In this document: positions 31,201 through 45,154 of the stretch, in pieces
How the letters are laid out: each line of letters starts with the position of its first letter
Numbering within the stretch: position 1 is the first letter of the stretch
Origin: Monocercomonoides exilis PA203
Taxonomy: Eukaryota; Protista; Preaxostyla
Length of the DNA: 64,000 bases
Assembly: GCA_001643675.2 (NCBI GenBank)
Contig: LSRY02000006.1
Span: 1,364,001-1,428,000 of the forward strand
Direction: 5' to 3'
Position numbers and translations under genes: made by a program
The notes under the pieces: model-generated
The model's input: only the letters and a program-made list of their open reading frames with translations
Databases searched by the model: none
Told to the model about the DNA's origin: nothing

Positions 31201-31812
31201 TCATCATCTTCTTCTTCTTCAACAGCTTCTTCCTCTGCTTTTGTGAGTGCTTCTTCACCTTCTCCTTCACCTTCTCCTTCTTCAACTACTGCTGCTTCTT
31301 CTACTGCAGCAAATCCTGTTGATAATTCATCATCATCATCTTCTTCTTCTTCTTCTGCCGCTTCATTTTTCGGAGGCGATTCATTTTCATTCAACTTCCC
31401 TTCTTCTTCCTCTTCTTCTTCTTCTTCCTCCTCTTCCTCTGCTCCAGTTCAACAACAACAGCAACAACAGCAACAAACCCAACAGAATCAATCAGTTTCT
31501 TCAGCTCCGTCTGCTCCGTCTGCCCCAGCCAATCACTCACCCACTCCTTCTTTCTCCTTCAGCTTCAACGCAACTCAACCAGCTTCTGCTCCTTCTTCTT
31601 CTTCTTCTTCTTCTTCTTCTTCTTCTGCTTCTGCTTCTTCTGCTTCTTCTGCCCCATCACCTGCTGTGGATGCCGCGTCTTTCTTCAGTTTTGCTCCGAG
31701 CCCAGCCTCAGCGCCTTCGCAGGGCACAAATGCGTCTGCCGCGTCTTCTCCTTCAAATACACAGACAGGTCAGCAGCCTGCTGTTGATTTTGCATCATTT
31801 TTCAGTGCATAA
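26478..31812 (+). CDS. EH-domain (Eps15/Pan1/intersectin-like) endocytic scaffold with Ser/Gln-rich tracts and coiled coils (4 exons)
   Basis: EH1: LESSNIPRQALGYIWSQS...LTKNDFFYALRLIAMVQRG. Degenerate EH2: ITKDTFVAIVFLANQKKKGVPIPPEIP. Coiled coil ~29000-29480, ER/K helix ~30600-31000, DPF motif. Confidence 0.8.
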
Positions 31813-32600
31813 TTATTATCGATGAGTCGGAAATAAAAAAATTTTTTTAAATATTATCACTGTTTCAAATTTTTGGTTTTGGACATTTTTGGATATTTTT
31901 TTTTCCTGGATCGCACATCACAACATTCAAAGATTGTAATTTTCAGCTTTCACATAACCTTAATTTTTCAAGAAAAATTCTTCAAAAGTCAATTGAAAGA
32001 AAATATTTATTCTTTCAAATTTATGACTTTGAACATCACTGAAGGAGTTTTTTTTGAATGGTTTGTTTTGAAAACAAAGTAAATAGCAATATCAGTTCAC
32101 ATATTTTCAATATTTTATATAAATTCTCTTTTTCAGTGATCCAACAATTAAAGAACTAATTCTCAAATATGAAAAGGTATGATTTTCTTTGGGCATATCT
32201 ATTTGTTCAATGAAAGTTGTTTTGCCTTTTTAGGAATCAGACGAGCCTCCATTTATTATAACTGTTCTTGATGATTCGCATCTCCTCATTCGTCCGGGAG
32301 CAGAAGCTATCATACAGCAATTTATTGATAAATTTCATGATTCTTGTGCATTCTCCAAGCCAAAATGATCTCCTCAAGTGGAGTACTTCGATTTTTCCGA
32401 TTTTTATTATAAATAGAAATAATTCTCCGAATGAATAATCTCGGGAGAAACCCGTTATAAGTATTGATATACTTTCATTTTTAACATATACAAATAGATA
32501 TTCAAAAAGCCAAAATAAAATTCTATCCATAATATTTTTTCTCAAAAAAGAACCCATAAGTTATAATTCTATCTGTTGACGTTGTTCTAAGCGTTTTTTG

Positions 32601-33686
32601 ATGTTTTCTTCAGCGATTGTTTCGACAAATTTGCTTAATAATAAAACAATGATGAATGCAATGCAATCTGAAAACAACCATCCGGAGGAACAGGCAGTGC
32701 TTCTTCAGGCCTTTCCTCATCCTTCTCCTCCAATTATCGTCTTGGACGATACGCCAATGTCGGATAAAACCATGAGGCTTATTTCGCATTACATTGGCAG
32801 ATCTGTTGCTTACACTTTAAAATATCCGTTTTTAAACTCTCCGTACGTGCTCCGAGATCCCGATAAAACTTCCAAACTTAATGAAACCTCACCGCATGGT
32901 TTTAATCCTCTTGGATATCAATGCCTTCTAGATCCCTATCATTTTGTTATCTCTTCTTCAATTCTTCCAGAACAAGTTTTTCAGCATGTTGATCCTTCAA
33001 CTGGAGCAATATTATTTCCTCAAACGCATTTTACCAATTGGTCCCCAAGGGAATATGCAGATTCAGAACTTTCTAATTCTATTGCGCAGAACTTGTATTC
33101 TATGATGGTCGTGATGTCAATGAAAATGAAAATGACTGAAACAGAGTTGCTTCAGGCGCTTGTATTGATCGAACGAGTTCTTACTCGAGGTGCAAATGAT
33201 ATTCCATTTGTTTTAAATCAATCAAATGTAGCTATGGCATTGATGACTGCAATATTACTTGTTAATAAAACAATTACGACAGACGTGCCTTATTCAAATT
33301 CATATTGGTCAGTTCGATTTGGATTTCCATTAAATCATCTCAACGTTTCCGAAGTTTTTATGCTTAACAAATTAGGTTGGAACACATACATCTCAAGAGC
33401 TGAATGGGATGCTGTTGTGGAATTGAGATATCGAATTGTTCAAAGATGGGTTACAACACCTCCAACTACTCAAATTCATGAGCAAAACGTGAGAGTTAAG
33501 CAAACACCATCGCAGGAATCGACATGCACTCCAAGTTGTTCAACTTCTTCTATTCCACCTTCTTCTTCTTCTGATTCTGCATCTTCTTCCTCATCTAACC
33601 AAGATAATATTGAACATCAAATTTCAGCGAATCCTGTTGCAACAGTTACACAAGAAGAAGAAATTAAAGTTGTCCATACTGAATAG
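32601..33686 (+). CDS. Cyclin, Pho80/CycU(P)-type (intronless; alternative ATG at 32649)
   Basis: LLQALVLIERV...LNQSNV..ALMTAILLVNK...DVPYSNSYWS...LNHLNVSEVFMLNKLGWNTYIS matches the Pho80-like cyclin box. Confidence 0.8.
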   Translation: MFSSAIVSTNLLNNKTMMNAMQSENNHPEEQAVLLQAFPHPSPPIIVLDDTPMSDKTMRLISHYIGRSVAYTLKYPFLNSPYVLRDPDKTSKLNETSPHGFNPLGYQCLLDPYHFVISSSILPEQVFQHVDPSTGAILFPQTHFTNWSPREYADSELSNSIAQNLYSMMVVMSMKMKMTETELLQALVLIERVLTRGANDIPFVLNQSNVAMALMTAILLVNKTITTDVPYSNSYWSVRFGFPLNHLNVSEVFMLNKLGWNTYISRAEWDAVVELRYRIVQRWVTTPPTTQIHEQNVRVKQTPSQESTCTPSCSTSSIPPSSSSDSASSSSSNQDNIEHQISANPVATVTQEEEIKVVHTE

Positions 33687-36027
33687 AAGTTTGGAAATAG
33701 TAAGGTTTTCGTAGATGAAGAATAAGTATTCATTCAACTCAATTTGCGGAATGTTAGTGATTGAAATAATTAATTGAAAGAACACTTAAAAGGATTATTA
33801 CCTTTAAAGTGTCACAATAAATTCAGTGAGATTTTGAAAACAGTTGTTCAAAATCTGAATGCTTACAATTATGATAACATATTTTAGTCGCAGCGCAACT
33901 TCGTAGGTAAAATGTTGGATTCCTTTTGAATTTTACAGCAATACACAATGAAATCTAAGAACACCAGCATAATAAATTAATGAATTTGAATCTAGTTAAG
34001 CATGTGAGATAATTTACGCAAGCATTTTTACTTGTAAGACAACTGTACGTTTCAAAGATCCAGTAGACTTTTTACAGACCTTACCCAAAAAGTTAAAAAA
34101 GACAGAAATTTCGTTTGATTCGGCAAATTGATGTTTATTTTATTTATCTAACTTAAGATGATAATTTGATAATTATTTATTTTGTGTTTGACATTTGGTT
34201 TATTTGACAAAAGATCGTTAAATAATTAATACAAGTTCCAAATGCATCACGTGGAAGCTACAACTATCGGGTACTCAATGATTTCACAGCGCAATTTTTT
34301 TTTGATTATTACTAACTTCGTCAATTTTCATGGTATAATCGTTTTATTATGTTACAGTTTCATCAGTCTGTTTTTTATATATTAACATCAATTTCTTGAA
34401 AAAAATAAATTTAAATTTTACGTATTGCAAACATTTGTCTATAACTCCTCTAATATATTATTTGATTTATTGTTTAAATTTTTTCTTTTCTTTTTTTCAC
34501 GTGTTTTGTTTCAATTTAAATTTAAATTTGCATTTGATTTGATGTGATGCGATTCGCTTTTTATTTACCAAAATAGTTGAAAAGTGAATTACATGCTCCG
34601 GTGACCTCAATTATGCGTTCTTGTATTTTGGACTTGTTTTATAAATGTTTCGACTGAGTCTCGTAGTTGAAATATTTTTCTTATTTTAGATCTTTTTTCT
34701 ATTGTTAATAATATTTTATTATTTTTTGGTATTCATTTATTGTGAATTTTTTAATTGTTTTATCATTTTATCGTTTTTTCGTTTCTGTTGATTTTATTTG
34801 TCTAGTGAATTTTTGCGTCTTTTTTATTTGTTTCTTGTTAATTTGACAACTTAATTTCTTTGATTTAAATATCCGCGCAATTTCATTTATTTTCCACACG
34901 CACTTCAATTGTTCTTTATTTTGAATTTTATTATTTTGATCACTTCTGGACTTTTTTGTAAGACGTTATAAATTTATAATTTTTTGTTGATTAAATTTTT
35001 CATTAATTTGTTTTTTATTATGGATTTTGGCAAATTTTGTTATATTTTTTATTTTTGTTTCTGTTTGTTGCTATCAATTTATGATGGCAAGTGTAACATG
35101 TGCTCAAAATTAATATTGAATATATTTGTTTAAGGTTTGTAAAAGATATGCAAATAAAAATTTCCAGTAACAAAAAAATATAATGAATAAAAAGACAAGT
35201 TCAACTTTACAAAAATAAAAGCAACTATTCAATGAAAATTTAGATTGTTTTTCAAACTTTTAAATCAAATGTACCTCACTTATACGTTGTTCACAGAAAA
35301 TTCAAAATGTGTTTGTCTCTTCGTCGTGCAGGGTTTTTTTTTTTTTTTTTAATTGAAAATGTATCATTTTGCAAATGGGGGAAAATACGGACTTTCAAGC
35401 TTTTTATGCACAAAGCATGAAAAAATTGTTTCGCTCATGACTTTATTTCGCGTTCTCAGATTTCAAAATAAATTTTGTTTTTATATCCGCAAACATGCAT
35501 CGTTGAAATCAAAACATAAAGTATTGTGACATTTCAACAATGTCGAAAAATAATCCCATTTTTATTGTGTTTTTTGATCTCAAAAAGTCAATGAAAAGTG
35601 CAAATTTTTCCAATGAAAATGCCTTAAGTGAAATATTTTGCCCCAAATCAACAACACAAACATTGTTGATAATATTTCCAAAAACAGAATAACATTATTT
35701 TACTTCAGTTGAATTCTCTCTATTAAACGTGGGTCATTATTTATGAAATCATATTTTTTTTCGGAGTATTGATTATTAAAAGATAGTTTGTCAATGGGAT
35801 GTGTTTTTGAATTCAGATGATAAAATTATCATTTCTGTTTCAAAAACAAATGCATGATACGAAATGAAAATAAAGAGGTCTTGAATATACCTGTTCACTT
35901 CTCATTGTTCTTTTGTTGACATTCAAAAGAAATTTTCGAACCGAAATTTTTGAAAGAAAAAATGTGATTTTCATAAATAATCACCCACGTTTATTTTTTT
36001 TTCAAAATTTCGTTTTGATAGAATGTT

Positions 36028-36075
36028 TTTCGATTTCGTTTGCAACTTTTTCGACTTTGAATTATTTTTGGTGTA
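36028..36075 (+). repeat. 48-bp dispersed repeat (first copy at 278-325)
   Basis: 43/48 identity to 278-325. Confidence 0.85.
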
Positions 36076-36391
36076 ATAGTTTGGAACAAATCGTTGTTTT
36101 CTTTAAAAAAAACAAGAATTTTGACCCATTTGTTAAAGAAAGAAAAAAAGTGAAGCTATGATTTGAACAAAAGTGATTTTTGAAATGGAATTAATTTTTC
36201 TGAAATGATAAACAAAAGCAACCATAGAAAACAAATAATTCTATTCAAAAATTTTAAATAATAAAAACACTCTTTTCACCCAATTATTAATTAAAGAAAA
36301 ACTCGATAAATAGTATAACACGATGGAAAAATGGAAACTTCCGATATTTGCAAACTGTGATTTCAAAAATTCAAATAAAAAAATTTCCTAA

Positions 36392-39300
36392 TCAATAATT
36401 ATCAGGAATTTTAAGTTGGCGTAGCAATTCTTCAGCTTCTGATTTGTCGGAACTCAAAGCATCTTCCCAATTTGTAGAAAGCATATGACCATCTGCATCT
36501 CCTTTTGAAATTTCATTAAGGAGCTTACTGATATCAACATAAGCATCTTCTTGAACAAGTTCGTCTCTAAATTCTTCAACGATATCATTATTAACGAGAA
36601 TTTCATCTTCCTTTTTATTTCTACTTTCTGCTAATAGTTTTGCTTCATCTTCCTCTCGTTGTTGGCGCATTCTTCGCTTTTCTTCTTCTTCTTTTTCTTT
36701 TCTCAAATCTTCTTCCATTTTCCTTTTCTTATTACGATTTACGAGGCAAATAATTATTATAACAACAGCTATAACAACAGGAACACATACACAAAGAGAA
36801 ATAATCAAAGGGAGATATTTTTTCAATCGCGCAGCAGAATCATCATCAACTATTGGAGGAAGAGAATCCTTCACAACAATCGATGATGTCGAATGCTTTT
36901 CAGTTGGATTGCCTGACCACTGAAAGAGTGTTGCAACGATGTAATCACTTCTTTCAGCGAAAAAAATAACAGAAGAAGGAATCGAAACCGAAAGTGCTGT
37001 TTCATTGACTGAAGATAGAGTTGAAAGTTCTGTTGTTGAGCGAACTTCATTCGATGAATTACTAATTACTGAAACGGAACAACTAATATTGCAAGGGAAT
37101 AAATGCTTTCCTTTTAGTAATATCTTTATTTCATTAGAATCTTGCCAATTTTCAGTAACATTTTCGTATTCGTCGATTCGAGGAATGAAAAAATAAGAAG
37201 AAATAATTTCTTCATTAAATCGAAAAATACTACAGCCTTTATTTAATATCCATAGAGAATCTACATCTGTAATTGAGGAATTATCATATAAAGAAGAAAT
37301 AATTAAAGAGGCATTATCCTTACAAAGAATATTTCGTTGCAATGAGGGGTAATTCGGAAATGAAATTAGGTTATTAGAAGAATGAAGTGCAGATATTTCC
37401 GCATCACCGCCAGACACGGTAATTGCCCCATTAACAGCGTTTGAAATGGTGAAATTTCGAATATTTGTACTGCAATTTGCTAAAAGAAAGAGAGAAGAAT
37501 CCCACTGACAAATTGGATCAGTTGTGCCAATTTGGAGTCGATGTATTGAAGAATCACTTTTAACTCCTGAAAGTGCGAGAGATTGCATGGCAAGAGATGA
37601 TAAAGATGAAGTTTTAGAACCACATATTGCGGAGTTGGTAATATTAACAATGCAATTTTCAAATAATGCTGTTGTCCCAATATTTTCAGCAGATAAACAA
37701 CAATTAAAAGAACTATTAGAAATAACTGTTGTTATTGGCGCTGATTTTTCTGATATACAATGCATTACCATGTTAACGTTACTTCTTGAACTTGTAATAT
37801 TTGCAAATGTTGAAGAATCGATTTCGATAAAAGGAAAATTTCTATCATCTTGATTGGAATTTGGATATTCTGTTTGATTGCAGAAAAAATCGATTAGACC
37901 AAATCCTAATAAATAGAAATTGCTGATGGATACTTCATGAAATGAAACAAAGCCATTTACAACTTTTACGAAAGAAGCATTAAATGACTTTGACGGAGAA
38001 TGATTATCGACTGGCTTAATTTCGCAATCATTCAATAAAAGACAAGCAACATTGCTTGAAGGAATAACTGTTTCCACAGCAAATAGAGACAAGTCTCTTG
38101 AAGCAGTCGTATCATTTCGAATAATCGAAATATGGTTGACTTCCAACGATCCATCTTCAACAAAAAACGCACTGTTGTGTTCAATGGTCGAAGACAGTGA
38201 AAAAGCCACAACTACAGATGCTCGAGTATTTTCTTCAGATGTTATTACAATCTGTTTTTTCCCAATAACAATTGAATTGCTTTCATACACAGTATCGTCA
38301 TTGACAATAACAGTAAATTGATCCATTGAATTCTCTTGCTGAACAGTGAATGACAAGGACTGGCAGAGTTTTTCACTGGAATCAAGTCCACATAACAGAG
38401 CATCGCTACTTAATGAATCATTTTGACTAACATAAAGAGTTGTAAAGAGTGGTATCCATTTTTCTTCGATTTGGAATCGTCTTATGAAATGAGAAGCAAC
38501 ATTATCTTTACTTGTGGAAAAAGATATCCTGAATGGAGATTGCTCAACAGACACTGCTGTGTCCCATAACAGAACACAGTTGCCGTGTAAACCTGCAGAA
38601 TTATTATGAAAAAAACAGAAAGAAAATGGATGCGATAAAGTATTCTTTGTTTGTTTTTGAGTTTCACTTGTTTTAAAAGAAGAAGTCTGTGTGTGAGATT
38701 TTAATGCACACATAATTGAAAGAGGAACATCCTCAAGTTCATTTAGAGTACAAAAGATAGCTCCTCCCATATATTTTGCTGTATTATTCTCAAAATAGAT
38801 GTTTGACCACAATTGTTTGGCCTCGAGCCATTTTTCGCTTGGTGTGCTCCATTCCACAGTTACAGCACCTCCAACATATGACTCAGCAGAGCAATTTCTA
38901 AAACCACAATTTTCAACAGTGACATCTTCCTTATCGCTTATAGAACTTCCATCTCTTGAGGAGTTTGATATATGAAGAGCTCCTGATGTATGCGTTGATG
39001 AGCAACCTTCGAAATTTGTTTTGCTAAAAACCACCTCACTAGAAGAAATAAAGCATCCACCTCCGCAGTAGTTTTTAGTTTGGTCTCCAGTTGTTTTTTT
39101 CACTCTGCAATTTGTAAAGTTACACCCAGTTACAGAAAAAAATTCACTGTTTTTGCAGAAAACAGCACCACCATGAGAAGAAGACGAGCAATTAGTGAAA
39201 GAACATTGATATAAAACTAACTTTCCTCCGTTATCAACAAATAAAGCTCCTCCGCAAGTCGAAGAATCAATTACATCTCCGCCAGCAACATCACAGTTTG

Positions 39301-40096
39301 AAAAGTCAATGTCCGAAAAATTTTGCTGTGGGTTGACAATTTGGTGTGAAATCACATCATTTGGCAACCTTATGAATTTCCTTTGAATTTCACTAAATGT
39401 ACAATTGTCAACAGAAACTATGTCAGTCGTAATTGGTACAATAGAATTGCTAAAATGAGGACAAGTTATAGAGTCAAGAATAGAACCAGTGCACATGAAG
39501 TTGCGAAAAGATGGACTCTTTTTTGTAAAGCATCCACGGAAAGAACAGTTTGTAACAATAAGTTGAGAAATTTCTTCTCTTTCGCTCATACATCCAGAAG
39601 TCAACGATATCGCAGAAGGATTACATATGTGCAAAGAGTTGAAATTTATTCTGGAGTATCTAGCAATTGCAGAAAAGCTTCTGTGCTCAACAAAACTTTG
39701 AATTGGCGTTTCTTTTTGAATGAAGTGAAAAGAAATGTTTTGAAGAAAAGTTAGTCCATGTGAAACAATAAAAGATGAATAAACACTACGACATAAAAAA
39801 AGATTTGTTGATGATAACACCAAAGAAGAATGCATATCATTTACAAAAAATGCAGAAGTGGGGCCAAAAAAACAAGAAGTTGCAATAAGCTCTATTGAAG
39901 AGTTAAAAAGAAATATTGCAGATCTAATACAACACGAAGAAGAGGAAAACATTGATGTACTGCTGTTTTTTTGATGATTATCATGCATATAATTGATTGA
40001 TTCAATTGGAAGGTTGGGTAATAATTTTTGCTTTGCATATTTTCCATTTGAAAAATGAAATAACGATAGTAAACAAAATAAAACAAATAATTCCAT
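36392..40096 (-). CDS. 1234-aa intronless single-pass Cys-rich beta-helix surface protein, paralogous to 416-8587 but with a short kinase-less tail
   Basis: Signal peptide MELFVLFCLLSLFHFSNG. GGA repeats. One 'YVS....D..LCG.....C.SL' module. Shared juxtamembrane block (CQWDSSLF..YPSLQRNILC..SLWILNKGC..FFIP). TM YLPLIISLCVCVPVVIAVVIIIICLV. Confidence 0.88.
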   Translation of the reverse strand: MELFVLFCLLSLFHFSNGKYAKQKLLPNLPIESINYMHDNHQKNSSTSMFSSSSCCIRSAIFLFNSSIELIATSCFFGPTSAFFVNDMHSSLVLSSTNLFLCRSVYSSFIVSHGLTFLQNISFHFIQKETPIQSFVEHRSFSAIARYSRINFNSLHICNPSAISLTSGCMSEREEISQLIVTNCSFRGCFTKKSPSFRNFMCTGSILDSITCPHFSNSIVPITTDIVSVDNCTFSEIQRKFIRLPNDVISHQIVNPQQNFSDIDFSNCDVAGGDVIDSSTCGGALFVDNGGKLVLYQCSFTNCSSSSHGGAVFCKNSEFFSVTGCNFTNCRVKKTTGDQTKNYCGGGCFISSSEVVFSKTNFEGCSSTHTSGALHISNSSRDGSSISDKEDVTVENCGFRNCSAESYVGGAVTVEWSTPSEKWLEAKQLWSNIYFENNTAKYMGGAIFCTLNELEDVPLSIMCALKSHTQTSSFKTSETQKQTKNTLSHPFSFCFFHNNSAGLHGNCVLLWDTAVSVEQSPFRISFSTSKDNVASHFIRRFQIEEKWIPLFTTLYVSQNDSLSSDALLCGLDSSEKLCQSLSFTVQQENSMDQFTVIVNDDTVYESNSIVIGKKQIVITSEENTRASVVVAFSLSSTIEHNSAFFVEDGSLEVNHISIIRNDTTASRDLSLFAVETVIPSSNVACLLLNDCEIKPVDNHSPSKSFNASFVKVVNGFVSFHEVSISNFYLLGFGLIDFFCNQTEYPNSNQDDRNFPFIEIDSSTFANITSSRSNVNMVMHCISEKSAPITTVISNSSFNCCLSAENIGTTALFENCIVNITNSAICGSKTSSLSSLAMQSLALSGVKSDSSIHRLQIGTTDPICQWDSSLFLLANCSTNIRNFTISNAVNGAITVSGGDAEISALHSSNNLISFPNYPSLQRNILCKDNASLIISSLYDNSSITDVDSLWILNKGCSIFRFNEEIISSYFFIPRIDEYENVTENWQDSNEIKILLKGKHLFPCNISCSVSVISNSSNEVRSTTELSTLSSVNETALSVSIPSSVIFFAERSDYIVATLFQWSGNPTEKHSTSSIVVKDSLPPIVDDDSAARLKKYLPLIISLCVCVPVVIAVVIIIICLVNRNKKRKMEEDLRKEKEEEEKRRMRQQREEDEAKLLAESRNKKEDEILVNNDIVEEFRDELVQEDAYVDISKLLNEISKGDADGHMLSTNWEDALSSDKSEAEELLRQLKIPDNY

Positions 40097-40290
40097 AGAG
40101 CTCGAAAAAAATGAGACAATTATTTTTCAAGCAGTTTCATAATAATATAAAGGGTCTCTCAAGAAAGGAAAAATAAAAACACATTCTAAAAAAAATTTGT
40201 AGGTAAAGGGAAAAAAATCCAAAATGTCACTTTCAAAATTTAAAGAGAAATTCATCACAATGCAAGAATTTCAATTTAAGCAATATTGTT

Positions 40291-41328
40291 TTATAATTCA
40301 TCTAGTATGTATTCAATCGCAGAATTCGTATCTCTCGCAAAAAAACAATAAGCATATTTTGCTTTTTCATCTGAACAATTTGTCATTAATTTTATCGTCG
40401 AACAATTTTGAAGGTCTTCTGCAGTTAAACCTATTGAGAAACCGTTCATGTAATAATTTTCTACGATTTTTTCTCTTTCATAATTTTTCTTCGAATCACC
40501 ATTTCCTTTGGCAACGTCAAAAGGAGTTTCTATAGGCGGATCAGCAGGAAACGATACGTTAAAGCTGTCCTTCCCTAACCCAACTTCAGGAGCTTCAGAG
40601 TATCCATGCCTCCTCCACGGCCGGTTATCTCTTCTCATCTCAGAAGGAAGCGATCCAATAACATCCTCATCGCTCCTATCTTTATCTGAATAGCTGCCTG
40701 TTCGTGTGCTTTCACTCGAAAAAGCACTTTTATCCGTTTTTAATGATGAGTTATTTTTTGCGCCGCTTATTTTTCGATGGAAAGGTCTGTCTTTGTCGCC
40801 ACTAACTTCTCCATCCCATGTTTCATCATCGTAGTCATCGTCGTCTTCATCCAATATATCTGAATACTCCAGTTGCTTTGTAGAAACACTCTTGTCATAA
40901 CTCGCTTTAGCCCCGTCTTGCTTACGTGTTTCTTCCTCTTGTTTGGCTGATTTTCCACTGTTGCTATCACTTCGTGCATCTTGCAGAGACGCCTGCTGCT
41001 TCGGAAGATCAAGTGCCGGGTCAAACGTGATAGCCTTCCAGCGATCGTCTTTCGAAACACTGCCTGCTGATTTATTTGAAGGAACATGCTCAAGCAGAGG
41101 GACGTCATCATCATCATCAACATCATCAGAACTTGTTGAATGGCTGCCATTTTTAGATGATGACAGATGGACATACTTCTCAGAATATGTCACTTCATTC
41201 ACTTCTTCAACCTCGTGGACGTTGTGATCGTACATGTTCATTACTGATTTTTCAGATTGCGAAGATTCTCAATTTAGATAATTATATAATAATTTATTTA
41301 TATACAAAAAAAAAAAGGAGAGAGAGAA

Positions 41329-41371
<43 letters not shown>

Positions 41372-42962
41372 AAGAGAAATAGTTAAAAAAAAACGTTTAA
41401 GTCGCAATAGAATCATACCGTGCTCGCGCAATGTGACAGTTGTATCTTCATCATCCATCCCACTTGTCAGCCAAAAAACAGCATCTTCTAAGTCCCCTCC
41501 TGCGCGCCTCAGCGCAATCTGCGCCTTCACTTTGTCAAACCCCATTCCATTCACAAGAACATTGATCCGCCCGGCGAATGCTTCTTCGCTTATTGTTGTG
41601 CCAAGCGCATATCCCTGCTTCGAGTATGACGAAGAGGCGTTGTTTCCAACGGTGTCAGAGCCGATGGATCCATACGGGTCCATCGCAGACGAAGAGCGCC
41701 CTTCTCCAGAAGTCAAAGACGTAATAAAGTTGTCCTGGGGGGAAGGAACCCAATCATTCTTCGCCGAATCAGCAGAGCGGGCAAGCGGAGCCTGCTCTGA
41801 AGGAAGAGAGGCTGGGGCGCTGAATGCGGAAGACGTATGCGGCTCTTGCAGCTCATCGTCAGAACTGTGCTGTGCTTCCAGTCCTTTCTGCCTCGCTATT
41901 TCATCCAGCGCCCGCTTGTGCAGTTTGTCTGGATCCTCTTTGTCAATCCAGGGCACATAATAGTAAGAGAAGCATGTCGAAGGCTGCGGATTATCGTTCG
42001 AATCATACATAATGCAGCTCTCTTGAAGCGTAATCTTCCTCCATTTTTTCTCTTTAAAATATTCTGGCTCGCCTTGTATTTCTATTCTTCGATTATGATT
42101 GTTGCGATTTGACGATAAATTAGTTCCTAATTCGGATTCATTCTTCAGCTGTGATGCTTTATTTTCTTGCTGATTACTAGAAATTTTTGAATAATCGCTT
42201 TTTTGTTGCGAATCTGAATAACAACAGCAATGCTAATTTTGTTAAAATAAAATGATTAATAGATACCCGCTTGATTTGCATTCACATTATCATTTTTCAT
42301 AGAATTTTTCATCTCAGTTTTTGAATGTTCATCATTCTTTAGATTTTCTGTTTTGTTTGTCTGATCTTGAGTCAGGTTTAATTTCCAATCAGCATCGACA
42401 AGGCTTGACGATGAAATTTCTTGAGAATTATTACATGAATTCTCAGCATCGAATTGTTGGATGAATTTATTCTGATAATCAGCAAACGCTCCTTCGGATT
42501 CAGATGCTTTTCTAAAACATACAAAAATTAAAAACGATTTTTTATGAACAAGTTCAAGAAATAATATTCACACGGAAAATAATTATCCAATGTTGGTTGT
42601 GTGGATTTCTTTTGTAATTTTGCTGGTTCTTGCTTCAATATAATCTTTTATGAATGTGTTTTATTAATATAATCAAAATGTGAATGCTCAAACCTTTTCT
42701 ACGTAAAGGAGTAAAACAGAATAGTTCGTCTAAATTTTAATTTCAAAAAATGCAAAGTCAAAAGTTATTTCCACACTATCCCATAATCAGAAAGTCTCTT
42801 TTTATCTCTCAATTTTGTTGAATTGAAATATAAAGTTTGCATTTCAGATGGAAAAAATAAATCTTTTTCGATCATGCGCTTTAAAGAAACAACGAATTCA
42901 TCTTTTTGAATTTGATAAGGTAGTGAGCAAGCACCGAGTACGCTGACCTCTACACATATCAT
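40291..42962 (-). CDS. UBL-UBA(x2) protein, Rad23-like architecture (multi-exon)
   Basis: N-terminal ubiquitin-like exon (VVSLKRMIE...QTLYFNSTKLRDKKRLSDYGI). Internal UBA (LVNGMGFDKVKAQIALRRAGGDLEDAVFWL). C-terminal UBA-like (AKYAYCFFARDTNSAIEYIL). Confidence 0.72.
41318..41372 (+). repeat. (AG)n/(CT)n dinucleotide microsatellite in an intron of the UBL-UBA gene
   Basis: Directly visible. Confidence 0.9.
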
Positions 42963-43203
42963 ATTTTTAGTGTAGAATTTCTTTTTTAACAAATATCAAT
43001 TGAAGAATATTTATTTATTTATGGTAATTTCTTTTGTTCGTTTGTGATATTCATTCTGTTTGTTCCAATAATAAAGAAAATTCTTATTATTTACAACAAC
43101 CATATAGTATTGCACACCTTAATGAAACAAAAAATAAATTAAATAAGGTTAGTGATCAATAAATAATCACCAAATTCTCCTTCTATAGAAATTGCACAAT
43201 CAT

Positions 43204-44891
<1,688 letters not shown>

Positions 44892-45154
44892 AATAGACTC
44901 GAATATCCGTTTTTCAACCCTTGTTTTCAATTTTGTCTCACTTCACATTGCAATTCATCTCGCCGACACATTCACTCGGAATTCGATTGAACATTTCTTG
45001 CGTTGAATTCTCTTCAGTTGTACTTTTTGTTGTGCTGGTAAACTTTGAAATATTTATTTTATTGTATTCATCCTCTCTGTAAAACGAGTATTAACAATGT
45101 GTATTCCAATCCTTTTCACTTTTTTTTTATTTATAATTTTATTGATTTTTTCCT

